From Candidatus Delongbacteria bacterium (GTDB lineage Bacteria > CAIWAD01): DNA of 64,000 nucleotides. Both the position numbers and the translations under genes were made by a program. The notes under the pieces are model-generated. The model was not told where the DNA came from and ran no database searches. It saw nothing but the letters and a program-made list of their open reading frames with translations. How positions within the stretch are numbered: the stretch's first letter is position 1; each line of letters starts with the position of its first letter. Of this stretch, positions 1 through 10,458 are shown piece by piece. The stretch spans positions 96,001 to 160,000 of the forward strand of contig OY760505.1 of assembly GCA_963663545.1 (NCBI GenBank). The letters run 5' to 3'.

Positions 1-91
1 TCCAGGTCCACAAGCCGGCTCACCCTGTCCCGATACTGCCCCGGTCGTATTATCTTACCCCGTTCAAGCCTAAGCAACAGGAGGACGTGGC

Positions 92-982
92 TTGTCTATC
101 CAGGAACGTGCGCTTAGCTGGTTCAAACGCGGCGCGGATGGCCAACGCAAATCGACGCCCAGTGCGGTGCCGGACGGCCTGTGGATTAAATGCAAACACT
201 GCGGACAGATTCTTTATCGCAAAGAAGTCGTGCGCAATCTGGATGTTTGTCCCCAGTGCAGCTTTCATATGCGCATCGGCAGCAGACGTTATGCCGAGAT
301 CCTTTTTGACGAAGGCAGCTTCCGTGAAATCGGCCAGGAGTACCGCAGCAAAGACTTTCTGAGTTTTGTCGACACCGAGTCCTACGCCCAGCGCTTGCAG
401 AAGGCCACGGCCAAAACCGGGTTGAACGACGCGGTCCTGTGCGGTCAAGCTACAATGCACGGTTTGCCTGTAGCAGCTGCGCTGATGGACTTCACTCATT
501 TCGGTGGAAGTGTAGGCAGTGTGGTGGGCGAGAAGATTGCCGCCGTACTCAGGCTGGCACTCAAAGAGAAACTGCCCGTGCTCATCCTCTCGGCTTCCGG
601 TGGCATGCGCATGCAGGAAGGCACCATGTCACTCATGCAGATGGCCAAGGTGAGCGCGCTGTTGACTCGCCTGGCGGATCAGCGGCTACCTTTCATCAGC
701 CTGCTCACCGATCCCACAACCGGTGGTACCTCGGCTTCTTTTGCCATGCTGGGCGATTTGATTCTGGCCGAGCCTGGAGCGCTGATCGGTTTCGCCGGAC
801 CCCGTGTGATCAAGCAGACCATTGGCGAAGATCTGCCGGAAGGCTTTCAGCGAGCCGAATTTCTGCTAGAACACGGATTTGTCGATCAGGTGCTGCCGCG
901 CGCAGAACTAAAGACGCGCATTCATGAACAGTTCTGCCTGCTCCTGAACCGCGACCCCGAGTTGCAGGAAGGTGCTTTGTGA
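92..982 (+). CDS. accD: Acetyl-CoA carboxylase carboxyltransferase beta subunit
   Basis: N-terminal zinc ribbon (WIKCKHC...VCPQC), GGSVGSVVGEK, SGGMRMQEG, DPTTGG, IGFAGPRVI and FQRAEFLLEHG motifs; TTG start after AGGAGG. Confidence 0.95.
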   Translation: MSIQERALSWFKRGADGQRKSTPSAVPDGLWIKCKHCGQILYRKEVVRNLDVCPQCSFHMRIGSRRYAEILFDEGSFREIGQEYRSKDFLSFVDTESYAQRLQKATAKTGLNDAVLCGQATMHGLPVAAALMDFTHFGGSVGSVVGEKIAAVLRLALKEKLPVLILSASGGMRMQEGTMSLMQMAKVSALLTRLADQRLPFISLLTDPTTGGTSASFAMLGDLILAEPGALIGFAGPRVIKQTIGEDLPEGFQRAEFLLEHGFVDQVLPRAELKTRIHEQFCLLLNRDPELQEGAL

Positions 983-1734
983 GGATTCTGCTGAGCAATG
1001 ACGATGGTTATCTCGCACCGGGCATTGCGGCTTTGTATCACGAACTTGCAGCGGAGCACGAGCTTCTGGTCAGTGCACCAGCAGGTGAGTGCAGTGCTAC
1101 CGGCCATGGCTTGACACTGCGCGAGCCATTGCGCGTGCGCAAACAGCAGGTGGGCGAGGGCCTTTTCTTTGGTGTTACGGGATTACCCGCCGATGCTGTG
1201 AAGTTTGGTCTGACCGTGCTCTGCGAGGATCGCCGGCCCGACCTGGTTATCTCTGGCATCAATCAGGGCGCCAACACAGGGCAGAACCTTTTTTATTCCG
1301 GTACGGTGGCCGCTGCCGCAGAGGGCGTGCTGGCGGGAGTTCCGGCAATCGCCATTTCGCTCGCGTCCTTCAAACAACGGGATTTCAGTGCGGCCGCCCG
1401 CGTCGCTGCTGGTCTTGTGCGTGAGTTTCAACAGCATCCCCTACCTGCCGATTGTCTGCTGAACGTCAACGTCCCAGAGGGGGAAGAACGGCAGTTCAAA
1501 GGCTATCGCCACGCGCGTATGGGCTATGCCCGCTTTCACGAGGTCTTCTACCGCCGCGAGGATCCCCAAGGGCGTGAATACTTCTGGCTCGATGGTGCGA
1601 AATCCGACCACGACAGTGATCCCGAGAGTGACGACCATTTGGTCCATCAGGGCTGGATCACGCTGACGCCGCTCAAGCTCGATCTGACCCATCCAGAGTG
1701 GAACACTCTGCTGAACTCCTGGAGACTTGGATGA
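979..1734 (+). CDS. surE: 5'/3'-nucleotidase SurE
   Basis: ILLSNDDG, SGINQGANTG, YSGTVAAA and ITLTPL motifs. Confidence 0.95.
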   Translation: MRILLSNDDGYLAPGIAALYHELAAEHELLVSAPAGECSATGHGLTLREPLRVRKQQVGEGLFFGVTGLPADAVKFGLTVLCEDRRPDLVISGINQGANTGQNLFYSGTVAAAAEGVLAGVPAIAISLASFKQRDFSAAARVAAGLVREFQQHPLPADCLLNVNVPEGEERQFKGYRHARMGYARFHEVFYRREDPQGREYFWLDGAKSDHDSDPESDDHLVHQGWITLTPLKLDLTHPEWNTLLNSWRLG

Positions 1735-3278
1735 AGGAAAGCCGCCAGATACTTGTGCTGGACTTCGGCTCGCAGTACACGCAGCTTATCGCGCGCAAAA
1801 TTCGCGAGCTTCACGTTGAAGCCCTGATTCTGCCGTGTGATACAAGCCTGGAGGAGTTGCACAGCTATCAGCCGCGCGGCGTTATTCTCTCCGGTGGTCC
1901 AGATTCAGTGTACGCCGAGGACGCACCGCGCTTGAGTTTCGAGCTCAAGGAGCTGGGGCTGCCCGTGCTGGGTATCTGTTATGGCATGCAGCTGGTGTGT
2001 CACAATCAAGGCGGGCGTGTGGCTCCCGGTGAGGGGCATCGCGAGTACGGTCTGGCCAAGCTTGCCCTGCGCAGCGACGATGCGCTGGTCAAAGGGATGC
2101 CGGAGGAGAGCCAGGTCTGGATGTCACACGGCGACAGTCTGCGTGCGCTTCCGGCGGGATTCGAAATCCTGGCGTCAACGGACAGCATCCCTTTTGCTGC
2201 AGTACATGGGCAGGAACTGCGTTTCTGGGGGGTTCAGTTTCATCCCGAAGTGCACCATTCCATTCACGGGCGCCAACTGCTCGAGAATTTCATTTTCAGC
2301 ATTTGTCGCTGCGAAGCCACCTGGACACCGGGCCGCTTCGTCGAGCGGCAGATCATGCAGATCCGTGCCCAAGTCGGCGGTAGTGCCAAGGTAATCTGTG
2401 GCGTTTCCGGCGGCGTGGACTCCACCGTGGCGGCCGCGCTGATTCATCGCGCCATCGGTCGCGATCTGACCTGCATCTTCGTTAACAATGGTCTGCTGCG
2501 CGCTGGCGAGTACGAAGCCGTGCAGCACATGTTTCGCGATAATCTGCAGATCAACCTGGTGGCAGTGGATGCCAGCGAGCTCTTTCTGGGGAGACTGAAA
2601 GGCATCAGCGAGCCCGAGCAGAAGCGCAAGATCATTGGTCACACCTTCATCGATGTTTTCGAGCAGGAGGCGGCCAAGCTCAAAGACGTGGAGTTCCTTG
2701 CTCAGGGAACGCTTTACCCGGATGTGATCGAGAGCGTGCAGCAGAAGGGGCCCAGCCAGACCATTAAAACGCACCACAATGTGGGCGGTTTACCCGCGCG
2801 ACTCAACTTCAAGCTCATCGAACCTTTGCGTGAGCTATTCAAAGATGAAGTACGTTCGGTAGGGGAAGAACTGGGGCTCCCGCATTCGATGCTGTGGCGC
2901 CATCCCTTCCCGGGGCCGGGGCTGGGAATTCGCATTCTGGGCGCCGTAACCGCAGAGCGCGTCGCCGTTCTGCAGCAGGCTGATCAGATTCTACTGGACG
3001 CCTTGCGTGAGAGCGGTTGGTATGATCGCTGCTGGCAGGCGCTGGCGGTGCTCCTGCCTGTGAGCAGTGTGGGCGTAATGGGCGACCAACGCACCTATGA
3101 AAATGTATTGGCGCTGCGCGTGGTGGACAGCACCGATGCTATGACGGCTGATTTTTCGCGACTCCCCTGGGAACTGCTAGGCCAAATCGCCAATCGAATC
3201 ATCAACCAGGTGACAGGCATCAATCGAGTTGTCTACGATATCAGTTCCAAACCACCCGCAACCATCGAGTGGGAATAA
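1731..3278 (+). CDS. guaA: GMP synthase (glutamine-hydrolysing)
   Basis: LDFGSQYTQLIAR, GICYGMQ, QFHPEV, SGGVDS, IKTHHNVGGLP and KPPATIEWE; ATG at 1731 overlaps the surE stop (ATGA). Confidence 0.97.
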   Translation: MKESRQILVLDFGSQYTQLIARKIRELHVEALILPCDTSLEELHSYQPRGVILSGGPDSVYAEDAPRLSFELKELGLPVLGICYGMQLVCHNQGGRVAPGEGHREYGLAKLALRSDDALVKGMPEESQVWMSHGDSLRALPAGFEILASTDSIPFAAVHGQELRFWGVQFHPEVHHSIHGRQLLENFIFSICRCEATWTPGRFVERQIMQIRAQVGGSAKVICGVSGGVDSTVAAALIHRAIGRDLTCIFVNNGLLRAGEYEAVQHMFRDNLQINLVAVDASELFLGRLKGISEPEQKRKIIGHTFIDVFEQEAAKLKDVEFLAQGTLYPDVIESVQQKGPSQTIKTHHNVGGLPARLNFKLIEPLRELFKDEVRSVGEELGLPHSMLWRHPFPGPGLGIRILGAVTAERVAVLQQADQILLDALRESGWYDRCWQALAVLLPVSSVGVMGDQRTYENVLALRVVDSTDAMTADFSRLPWELLGQIANRIINQVTGINRVVYDISSKPPATIEWE

Positions 3279-3304
3279 TCTGAACCGGAACCAGGAGAGG
3301 AAGC

Positions 3305-5125
3305 ATGTGCGGAATTGTTGGCTACATCGGAAAGAAGGATGCAATCCCCTTCCTGCTTGAGGGTTTGAAGCGCCTTGAGTACCGCGGATACGATTCCGCC
3401 GGCGTTGCCACTCTCAAGGAAGAGCTGGAAGTAATCAAGACCAAGGGCAAGATCAAAGACCTCGCCCGTCTGATTCCACTGCAGCACCACGCAAACGTGG
3501 GCATCGGCCACACGCGCTGGGCGACTCACGGAGAGCCAAGCACCATCAACGCTCATCCGCACGTAGCCGGTGAGGGCCGGCTCGCGCTGATTCATAATGG
3601 CATCATTGAGAATTACGCCACGCTGCGCGAGGAGCTTAAGCAGCAGGGCGTGACTTTTGTTAGCCAGACCGATACTGAGGTCCTCGCTCACTTGGTCAAT
3701 TTCTTTTACAAGGGCGACCTGGTCGCCGCCGTCCGCGAGGCACTGAGCCGCGTTGAGGGTGCCTACGGAATCGCCGTCTTGCATCGTGATCATCCGGACA
3801 TGATTGTCGTGGCACGCATGGGATCGCCGTTGTTGATCGGTTTGGGCGACGGCGAGAACTACATCAGCTCGGACAAGAACGCGCTTCTGGGACACAGTCA
3901 GCGCATGGTGATTCTTGAGGATGGCGAACTGGCCATCGTCACCGCTGATCGCGTAGATATCAGCACTTCCGATTCGCAAGTAGTTGAGCGCGACATCGTG
4001 GAGTTGGAAGAGGAACTCGAGAGCATTGATAAGGGTGAGTTTGCCCACTACATGCTCAAGGAAATCTTCGAACAACCCCGTACGATTAGCGACGCCTATG
4101 CAGGCCGTCTGCTGCCCGAAGAAGGTGGTGTGCGTCTAGGCGGACTGGGAACCGTAACCGAGCAGCTACTCAATGCGGAGCGTATCATCCTGACCGCATG
4201 TGGAACCAGTTGGCATGCGGCCATGGTTGCCGAGTATTTCATGGAAGAGTATCTGCGCGTGCCCGTTGAAGTGGAATACGCCAGTGAATTCCGCTACCGC
4301 AATCCGGTGCTGGACCGCAACACGGTTGTCATCGCCATCAGCCAGTCCGGTGAAACAGCCGACACCCTGGCTGCCATGAAGGAGGCCAAGCGCAAGGGCG
4401 CGCTTGTGCTGGGTATCTGCAATCGAGTTGGTAGCGCCATTGCACGTGAGAGCGAAGCCGGTGTCTATATTCACGCAGGACCCGAAATCGGCGTTGCTTC
4501 CACAAAGGCCTTCACCAGCCAGCTTGTGGTTCTGTTGCTGCTGACCATTCATCTGGCGCGACTGCGCAATATGGGCTACAACATGGGCCGCCAGTTGGTG
4601 GATGAATTGCGCAAACTGCCGGAAAAGGTGGAGCAAATCCTTGCCCAGTCAGCGGAGATAGCGCGCATCGCCAAGGATCTGGCGCATCACCAGAACGCCC
4701 TGTATCTGGGCCGCGGCTTGTTCTATCCCACCGCTTTGGAGGGTGCGCTCAAGCTCAAGGAGATCTCCTACGTCCATGCAGAGGGCTACCCGGCTGCAGA
4801 AATGAAGCATGGGCCGATCGCTCTGATCGACGAACAAATGCCGGTCGTGGTCATCGCCCCGCTGGATGACAACTACGACAAGGTGGTCTCGAATATTCAG
4901 GAAGTGCGCGCGCGCAAAGGCAAGGTGCTTGTCATTGCCACCCAGCTTGACCACAAGCTGCGCGAGCTGGCTCACGAAGTGATTCAGATCCCCGACGCCC
5001 ATCCCACTGTGATGCCCATTCTGGCGGTGATTCCGCTGCAGTTGCTCGCCTACTATATCGCCGTCGAGCGTGGCTGCGATGTGGACCAGCCACGCAATCT
5101 GGCCAAGAGCGTTACGGTGGAGTAA
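3305..5125 (+). CDS. glmS: Glutamine--fructose-6-phosphate aminotransferase
   Basis: MCGIVG N-terminus, LEYRGYDSAG, GHTRWATHG, SQSGETADT and C-terminal PRNLAKSVTVE. Confidence 0.98.
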   Translation: MCGIVGYIGKKDAIPFLLEGLKRLEYRGYDSAGVATLKEELEVIKTKGKIKDLARLIPLQHHANVGIGHTRWATHGEPSTINAHPHVAGEGRLALIHNGIIENYATLREELKQQGVTFVSQTDTEVLAHLVNFFYKGDLVAAVREALSRVEGAYGIAVLHRDHPDMIVVARMGSPLLIGLGDGENYISSDKNALLGHSQRMVILEDGELAIVTADRVDISTSDSQVVERDIVELEEELESIDKGEFAHYMLKEIFEQPRTISDAYAGRLLPEEGGVRLGGLGTVTEQLLNAERIILTACGTSWHAAMVAEYFMEEYLRVPVEVEYASEFRYRNPVLDRNTVVIAISQSGETADTLAAMKEAKRKGALVLGICNRVGSAIARESEAGVYIHAGPEIGVASTKAFTSQLVVLLLLTIHLARLRNMGYNMGRQLVDELRKLPEKVEQILAQSAEIARIAKDLAHHQNALYLGRGLFYPTALEGALKLKEISYVHAEGYPAAEMKHGPIALIDEQMPVVVIAPLDDNYDKVVSNIQEVRARKGKVLVIATQLDHKLRELAHEVIQIPDAHPTVMPILAVIPLQLLAYYIAVERGCDVDQPRNLAKSVTVE

Positions 5126-6711
5126 TGATGCTCATACTGCGAACCCCACTCGTCCTTTTGCTTGCACTGGTGCTGTTCTGCTCTGCAGGTGCTGCGCAGG
5201 AGCTCCGGCGAACGGTCAATGCGATTCGACTGGGGGAATCCCCGGAGCTGATTCAAACCCTTGTCGAGCAGGGGCAGGCGGCGGCGGGAGCTGACGCAAG
5301 TTCCTGGGATCTGCTAGAGTTGTGGCTGTGTTTGCAGCAGACGCCCGGAGCGGATTTTCAGTTTGCCTGGGAGCGTTATCATCGCAACTGGCCGCGTAGT
5401 CGCTATCTGGGATATGCCGATTACCTTCGTGCACAGAATTTTTTAGTGACGGAAGAGATACACGCTGGCGTGCGTCAGCTGCTCGAGCTCCAGAGCAGCC
5501 CCGAGCCCGCCCTGGCAGACCGCGCCGGACGATTGCTGGATCGGGTGCTGGAGGAGTCACTGGGCCGCGAGGCAATTGGCGCGCTTTCCCGCGAATACAC
5601 GCAAGGTGACGCGTGCAGGCAATGGCTGGACAACTGGCTGCAGACCCACAATCTACACTTTCGTCTGGCTGCCATTTTGCCGCTCAAGGGTGTCGACGCC
5701 GCCCTTGGACACCGATATCTCGCTGGCATGGAAACGGCCCTGGCGCTGGCCGACAGCAGCCTCGGCGCGTGGTCGCTTGAAGTTCACGATTGCGAATCGG
5801 ACCCGTTACGGGCACGGCAACAGGCGCACCAGATCGAAGCCGAAGGTGGCGTCGATTGTGTGCTGGTCCCAGGGGCACCGGTATATGCGGCTGCAGTGGC
5901 GGGTTGTTTGAGTCTACCCGTGCTTTTCCCCTGGTACGAGGGCGACAACCTGCTGGAAGCGGACCCCGACTTCTACCAGTTGAATTCGCGTCCCCGAACC
6001 CGTGCGGCGGCAATGGCGGACCTGGCCGTTGACAGTCTGCATGTAAAGCGCGTGATCACTCTGGCTCCCGCCACACGAAGTGGAAAACAGCTTGTGGACA
6101 GCCTTAGTACGCGCCTCATCGAACTGGATCCGGAAGTAGAGCTTGGGCCACCGCAGTGGTATTTCCCCGGTGCACAAGACATGCGCCGCCAGCTTGAAAA
6201 CCTGTCGATTTATGAGACAGCCTTCGATTCCCTGGATGCGGTGGTTGTTTTCTCGCGTCCGGAAGATGTGGCTGTGCTGGTACCGCAATTGGCCTATGCC
6301 GATCTGCAATGCACTGTGCTGGGCGATGCTTCGCTGATTAGTGCGCGGGATATCAAGGAACTGGGCACATTGTCCGACCAGCTGCTGGTTGTCAGCGACT
6401 GGTTGCCCAATCCGCGCAAGGCGGTGTGGGGCAGCTTCCTGGAAGAGTTTCGTCGTCGTGAGATGCGCAGCCCCGAGCTTGAAGAACAGCTGGCTTTTGA
6501 AAGCACGCGTCTGGCAACAGAAGTGGCTGAGCTGGCGCGGCGTTCCGGCGGCACATTTCGCAATTGCCTGGACACTGCCGATTTGCCTTCTGCATACGGT
6601 GGACGCATGATGCTGCGTGCGCGCAGCAATGGTCATTTATTGCTTCTACGTTGGGATGGCTGGGCTTTTCGCGCCATCGGTGGTATGGAGTTACAAGGGA
6701 TTGAGCGCTAA
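5125..6711 (+). CDS. Exported protein with helical N-terminus and type 1 periplasmic-binding-protein-like domain (LppC/LpoA-like)
   Basis: Signal peptide; C-terminal half begins LAAILPLKG...G...LAGMETAL, typical of PBP1-family domains; start overlaps glmS stop. Confidence 0.55.
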   Translation: MMLILRTPLVLLLALVLFCSAGAAQELRRTVNAIRLGESPELIQTLVEQGQAAAGADASSWDLLELWLCLQQTPGADFQFAWERYHRNWPRSRYLGYADYLRAQNFLVTEEIHAGVRQLLELQSSPEPALADRAGRLLDRVLEESLGREAIGALSREYTQGDACRQWLDNWLQTHNLHFRLAAILPLKGVDAALGHRYLAGMETALALADSSLGAWSLEVHDCESDPLRARQQAHQIEAEGGVDCVLVPGAPVYAAAVAGCLSLPVLFPWYEGDNLLEADPDFYQLNSRPRTRAAAMADLAVDSLHVKRVITLAPATRSGKQLVDSLSTRLIELDPEVELGPPQWYFPGAQDMRRQLENLSIYETAFDSLDAVVVFSRPEDVAVLVPQLAYADLQCTVLGDASLISARDIKELGTLSDQLLVVSDWLPNPRKAVWGSFLEEFRRREMRSPELEEQLAFESTRLATEVAELARRSGGTFRNCLDTADLPSAYGGRMMLRARSNGHLLLLRWDGWAFRAIGGMELQGIER

Positions 6712-7517
6712 TGCTGGAAGCAATCATACTGGGCATTGTCCAGGGACTCACTGAGTTTCTGCCCATCTCCAGTTCTGGACATTTGGTGCTGGGACAAGAG
6801 CTGCTGGGGGTTCTGGATCACGGATCCAAGGACGTGCTCTTCGAGGTCGTTCTTCATCTAGGAACGCTGGTCGCCGTGCTCGTCGCCTTGTGGCGTGACG
6901 TGCTCCGTTTGTTGCAAGCGCTTCTGCCTGGAAAACCGCAGGAAAAAGCGCCTGCGCGCAAGCTGATCTTGTGGATTTTCCTTTCGACCCTTCCCACCGG
7001 GCTCATCGGTTTTCTGCTGCGCGACCAGTTTGAGGCAGCCTTCACGCGGCCCTGGTTCGTCTCGGCCATGTTGTTGGTAACGGCGAGCATTCTGTTCATT
7101 GGCGATCGATTGCCGCGAAAGAACGTAGTGGCCGAAGAGCTCGGTCCCTTGCGCTCGCTATGGCTGGGAATCGCACAATCGCTTGCCATTCTACCCGGTG
7201 TCAGTCGCAGTGGAACAACTATTGTGGCGGGGATTGCCGCTGGCGCGAAGCCAGAAGAAGCCGCCCGTTACAGTTTTCTGATATCGATTCCCGCAGTACT
7301 GGGTGCTTTGGTATTGGAGTTGCCAGATCTGTTTGCTGGCACGGCCGCGCTGCGCTACAGCTCCATGGAGCTCCTCGTTGGATTTGCGGCCGCCGCCGTT
7401 GTGGGCTATCTGGCTTTGCAGTGGCTATTAGTGGCGGTACGCAAGCGCAACTTGAGCTGGTTCGCGCTTTACTGTGCCGTTGTTGGAGTGGTCGCTCTGA
7501 TCTGGAGCCTGAGCTGA
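6711..7517 (+). CDS. uppP: Undecaprenyl-diphosphate phosphatase
   Basis: LGIVQGLTEFLPISSSGHL and AILPGVSRSGTT motifs; multiple TM segments. Confidence 0.95.
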   Translation: MLEAIILGIVQGLTEFLPISSSGHLVLGQELLGVLDHGSKDVLFEVVLHLGTLVAVLVALWRDVLRLLQALLPGKPQEKAPARKLILWIFLSTLPTGLIGFLLRDQFEAAFTRPWFVSAMLLVTASILFIGDRLPRKNVVAEELGPLRSLWLGIAQSLAILPGVSRSGTTIVAGIAAGAKPEEAARYSFLISIPAVLGALVLELPDLFAGTAALRYSSMELLVGFAAAAVVGYLALQWLLVAVRKRNLSWFALYCAVVGVVALIWSLS

Positions 7518-8311
7518 TGCGTCCGCTAGTTGGAATCAGTCCCGAACGCGATGCCAGCCCGGAGCGCGAATTCAAGGCCGGCTGGGTGCTTGAATTGCTC
7601 ATCGATGAGTATGCGCACATGATCGCTCAGGCGGGCATGCAGCCCATCGTACTCAGTTCCGCAGCTGGTGTAACCGAGGAGCTGCTGGCACCCTTGGATG
7701 CAGTTGTCCTTTCCGGTGGTAGCGACCTTGATCCCAGCTATTGGAATGAGAAGCCTTTGCCGCCTGATCAGGGCGGTATCAATCTGATCGATACGGATAA
7801 TGTTGAGCGCACAGCCTTCGAACATCATTTGGTGCTGGGATGTCTGCGTCGTGGTATTCCCATGCTGGGAATTTGTCGTGGCTTGCAGCAACTCAACGTA
7901 AGTCTGGGCGGCAGTCTAGTGCAGGATCTGGAAGTGCAACGCGGTATCAGCGGCCATTATGAACGATTGAATCCCTGCCGGCTCGTGCACAATGTTTCTG
8001 CTGTTGTCGGTTCACCCTGGCCGAGCGAGCTGGAGACCACCTTTGCTGTTACCAGTACGCATCACCAGGCTGTTGATCGACCTGCCCGGGGACTGCGTGT
8101 GCTGGCGTGTGACACACAGGATGGCCTGATCGAGCTTCAGGAGCGCGATTCCGACTACGGACCTCTTTGCGAAGGAGATCGTGGCGCGCTGGTGTTGGCC
8201 ACGCAGTGGCATCCCGAGCGAATGGTCGGAAGTCCTAGCACGCAATGGCTGTTGGCGCGCTTATACAAGGCGGCAGCGGAAAGGGCAGAAGCACGGAGGA
8301 CCGGGGAGTGA
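7517..8311 (+). CDS. Gamma-glutamyl-gamma-aminobutyrate hydrolase family (peptidase C26, class I glutamine amidotransferase)
   Basis: LSGGSDLDP, GICRGLQ nucleophile elbow, THHQAV and QWHPE; start taken at ATG 7517 overlapping the uppP stop. Confidence 0.85.
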   Translation: MRPLVGISPERDASPEREFKAGWVLELLIDEYAHMIAQAGMQPIVLSSAAGVTEELLAPLDAVVLSGGSDLDPSYWNEKPLPPDQGGINLIDTDNVERTAFEHHLVLGCLRRGIPMLGICRGLQQLNVSLGGSLVQDLEVQRGISGHYERLNPCRLVHNVSAVVGSPWPSELETTFAVTSTHHQAVDRPARGLRVLACDTQDGLIELQERDSDYGPLCEGDRGALVLATQWHPERMVGSPSTQWLLARLYKAAAERAEARRTGE

Positions 8312-9312
8312 ACGCAATTCCCGGCGAGGGCGAGATTCGCGCCGGCAAGCTGGCACCCATTTACTTCCTGCACGGTGAAGAGGAGTACTTGCTGGAGGCA
8401 CAGCGAAAGCTCTTTTTCGACAACGTCGTTGACGAGAGCTTGGCGGCCTTCAATCGGGACAGCTTTCACGCGGAGGATCTGAAAGGCGAGGAGCTCTTTC
8501 GCCTTGCGGCCTCCTTTCCCATGATGGCCGAACGGAGGCTGGTACTCGTGCGCGGCTTGGAACGCGCATCGGCATCGCTGCTGGATCAGCTGTTGGTCTA
8601 CGTCGAAAACCCCAGTGAGACGACCTGTCTGGTCTTGTGCGCAGGCAAGGTGGATATGCGCAAAAAGACCTTCAAGACCCTGAAGGCAAAGACGCAAAGT
8701 CACGAGTACACCCGCCTGAAGGTGGATGAACTGCCGCAGTGGATGATCGCGCATCTGCAGCAGGCCGGATTCACCCTCACACGTCAGGATAGCCTGGTGT
8801 TGGCTGGACAGCTTGAGGGCGCCCCTTTGCGCATGGTCGTGGGCGAGCTGGACAAACTGATGCTGTTGGCGGAAGGCCAAGGACGCAGCCAGATCAATAG
8901 CGAGGATCTGGCTTGTGCGCTGGGCGTCGATGCCGAGGCAAGCCCTTTTCATTTTGCCGACGCGCTACTGGCGCGCAATCAGCGTGGCGCATTAGCGATT
9001 CTGAAACAGTTGCAAAACCGTCCCGACAGCGTGTACATCGTGTTGCCCACTCTGCATCGCAGCTTTGGACGACAGTGGTACATTGCAGGCATGAAACAAC
9101 GCGGAATGGGCTCCAAAGAAATCGCCGAGGGACTTGGTCTGACGGCATGGCAAGTGCGGGGTGCAATGACCCACACTGCGCGCTGGACTAGTTCTTCGCT
9201 GGCGCAGGCTTGTGACCTGCTGCTTGAGGCGGATTTTGCGGTAAAGGGCGGAAGTCCATTGAGTAGTAATGTGATCCTGACCAAACTGGTACTTGACTTA
9301 TGCCGGACCTGA
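8308..9312 (+). CDS. holA: DNA polymerase III delta subunit
   Basis: PIYFLHGEEEYL, SFPMMAERRLVLV, ELDKL and C-terminal EADFAVKGG; GTG start at 8308 after GGGGAG. Confidence 0.88.
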   Translation: MNAIPGEGEIRAGKLAPIYFLHGEEEYLLEAQRKLFFDNVVDESLAAFNRDSFHAEDLKGEELFRLAASFPMMAERRLVLVRGLERASASLLDQLLVYVENPSETTCLVLCAGKVDMRKKTFKTLKAKTQSHEYTRLKVDELPQWMIAHLQQAGFTLTRQDSLVLAGQLEGAPLRMVVGELDKLMLLAEGQGRSQINSEDLACALGVDAEASPFHFADALLARNQRGALAILKQLQNRPDSVYIVLPTLHRSFGRQWYIAGMKQRGMGSKEIAEGLGLTAWQVRGAMTHTARWTSSSLAQACDLLLEADFAVKGGSPLSSNVILTKLVLDLCRT

Positions 9313-9878
9313 AGGACAAAAGCGACGAGCAACTGGTGCTGGAGCTGCAGCAGGGGCGCATAGAGTATTACGACGTTCTGGTGGAACGCTACCAGCATCG
9401 GCTCTTTGGCTACCTCATGCAACTGGTTCGCGATCAGCAGTTGGCGGAGGACCTGCTACAGGAGACCTTTATCAGGCTCTACCAGCACTACAATAGCTAT
9501 CGCCCCATCGCCAAGTTCTCTACCTGGATTTACACCATTGCCACTAACCTGGTACGCAGCCACATGCGCCGACGCATGAAAATGACGACTGTGGACCTGG
9601 AACCGCGAGAAGCGGGTGACCGGCCCATTGAGTTGGCGGATGATGCCCCGGCAGTGGACGAGCTCGTTATGGGCCGCATGACAGTAGAGGCAGTGCGCGA
9701 TGCCATGGAGAAGCTGCCCGAGGAGTTTCGCCAAGTCATAATCCTGCGGGAGATCGAGGAACTTTCTTACGACGAAATTGTTGAAATCCTAAATCTGCCC
9801 CTTGGGACGGTGAAAAGCCGTATCAATCGTGCCAGGGGACGCCTGAAGGAACTGCTGGCGAAGGATTACAGGGAGTGA
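9300..9878 (+). CDS. ECF sigma-70 factor
   Basis: AEDLLQETF and FSTWIYTIATN (region 2); LSYDEIVEILNLPLGTVKSRINRAR (region 4). Confidence 0.93.
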   Translation: MPDLKDKSDEQLVLELQQGRIEYYDVLVERYQHRLFGYLMQLVRDQQLAEDLLQETFIRLYQHYNSYRPIAKFSTWIYTIATNLVRSHMRRRMKMTTVDLEPREAGDRPIELADDAPAVDELVMGRMTVEAVRDAMEKLPEEFRQVIILREIEELSYDEIVEILNLPLGTVKSRINRARGRLKELLAKDYRE

Positions 9879-9882
9879 TGCG

Positions 9883-10386
9883 ATGATGAAATGCAAGAAA
9901 GTTCGTGAAGAAGTCTGGGATTGGCTGATTGACGGCGATGACCATCCTGAAGCACAGGAAATCAAAGGCCACCTTGATCAGTGTAAAGGCTGCAGCAATG
10001 ATCGCCAGCAAGTGGAGTGCATCAAGGGTGTGCTGCACGAGTTGGGTGATCGCGCGCCGAGCAACCTGCACGAGCGATTGCACGCACGCATCCAGCAGCT
10101 CGATCAGGAAGCGCATTCGCAAGCGCGGACACGCGGAACAGGATGGCAGCGCTGGCTACGTCCAGCAGCGTATCTCGCTAGTGGCGCGGCGGCGGTTTTA
10201 GTTGTCGGTTTGTTTGTCGCCCCCCAGCAGCCCACTTCGATCCTGCCGGGAGCGAGCGGTGTTATTGCCGAGCGCCAATACAACGAGAACGACAGTCTGA
10301 ATGCCGCACCCCATGACCCCGCCCTGGAGGATGCTGCGCGCCTACAGGCCGTCAGTAGCCCGTCTTTGGAAAGCGGCGGGAATTGA
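9883..10386 (+). CDS. Zinc-binding (ZAS) anti-sigma factor
   Basis: HxxxCxxC (HLDQCKGC), one TM segment, directly downstream of the ECF sigma. Confidence 0.8.
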   Translation: MMKCKKVREEVWDWLIDGDDHPEAQEIKGHLDQCKGCSNDRQQVECIKGVLHELGDRAPSNLHERLHARIQQLDQEAHSQARTRGTGWQRWLRPAAYLASGAAAVLVVGLFVAPQQPTSILPGASGVIAERQYNENDSLNAAPHDPALEDAARLQAVSSPSLESGGN

Positions 10387-10458
10387 AGTATCTTCCAAGC
10401 CTTGTAATAAGTGGGTGAACGCTTCACCCACTTCTACTCAAGGCTGTGGAGGACGCAC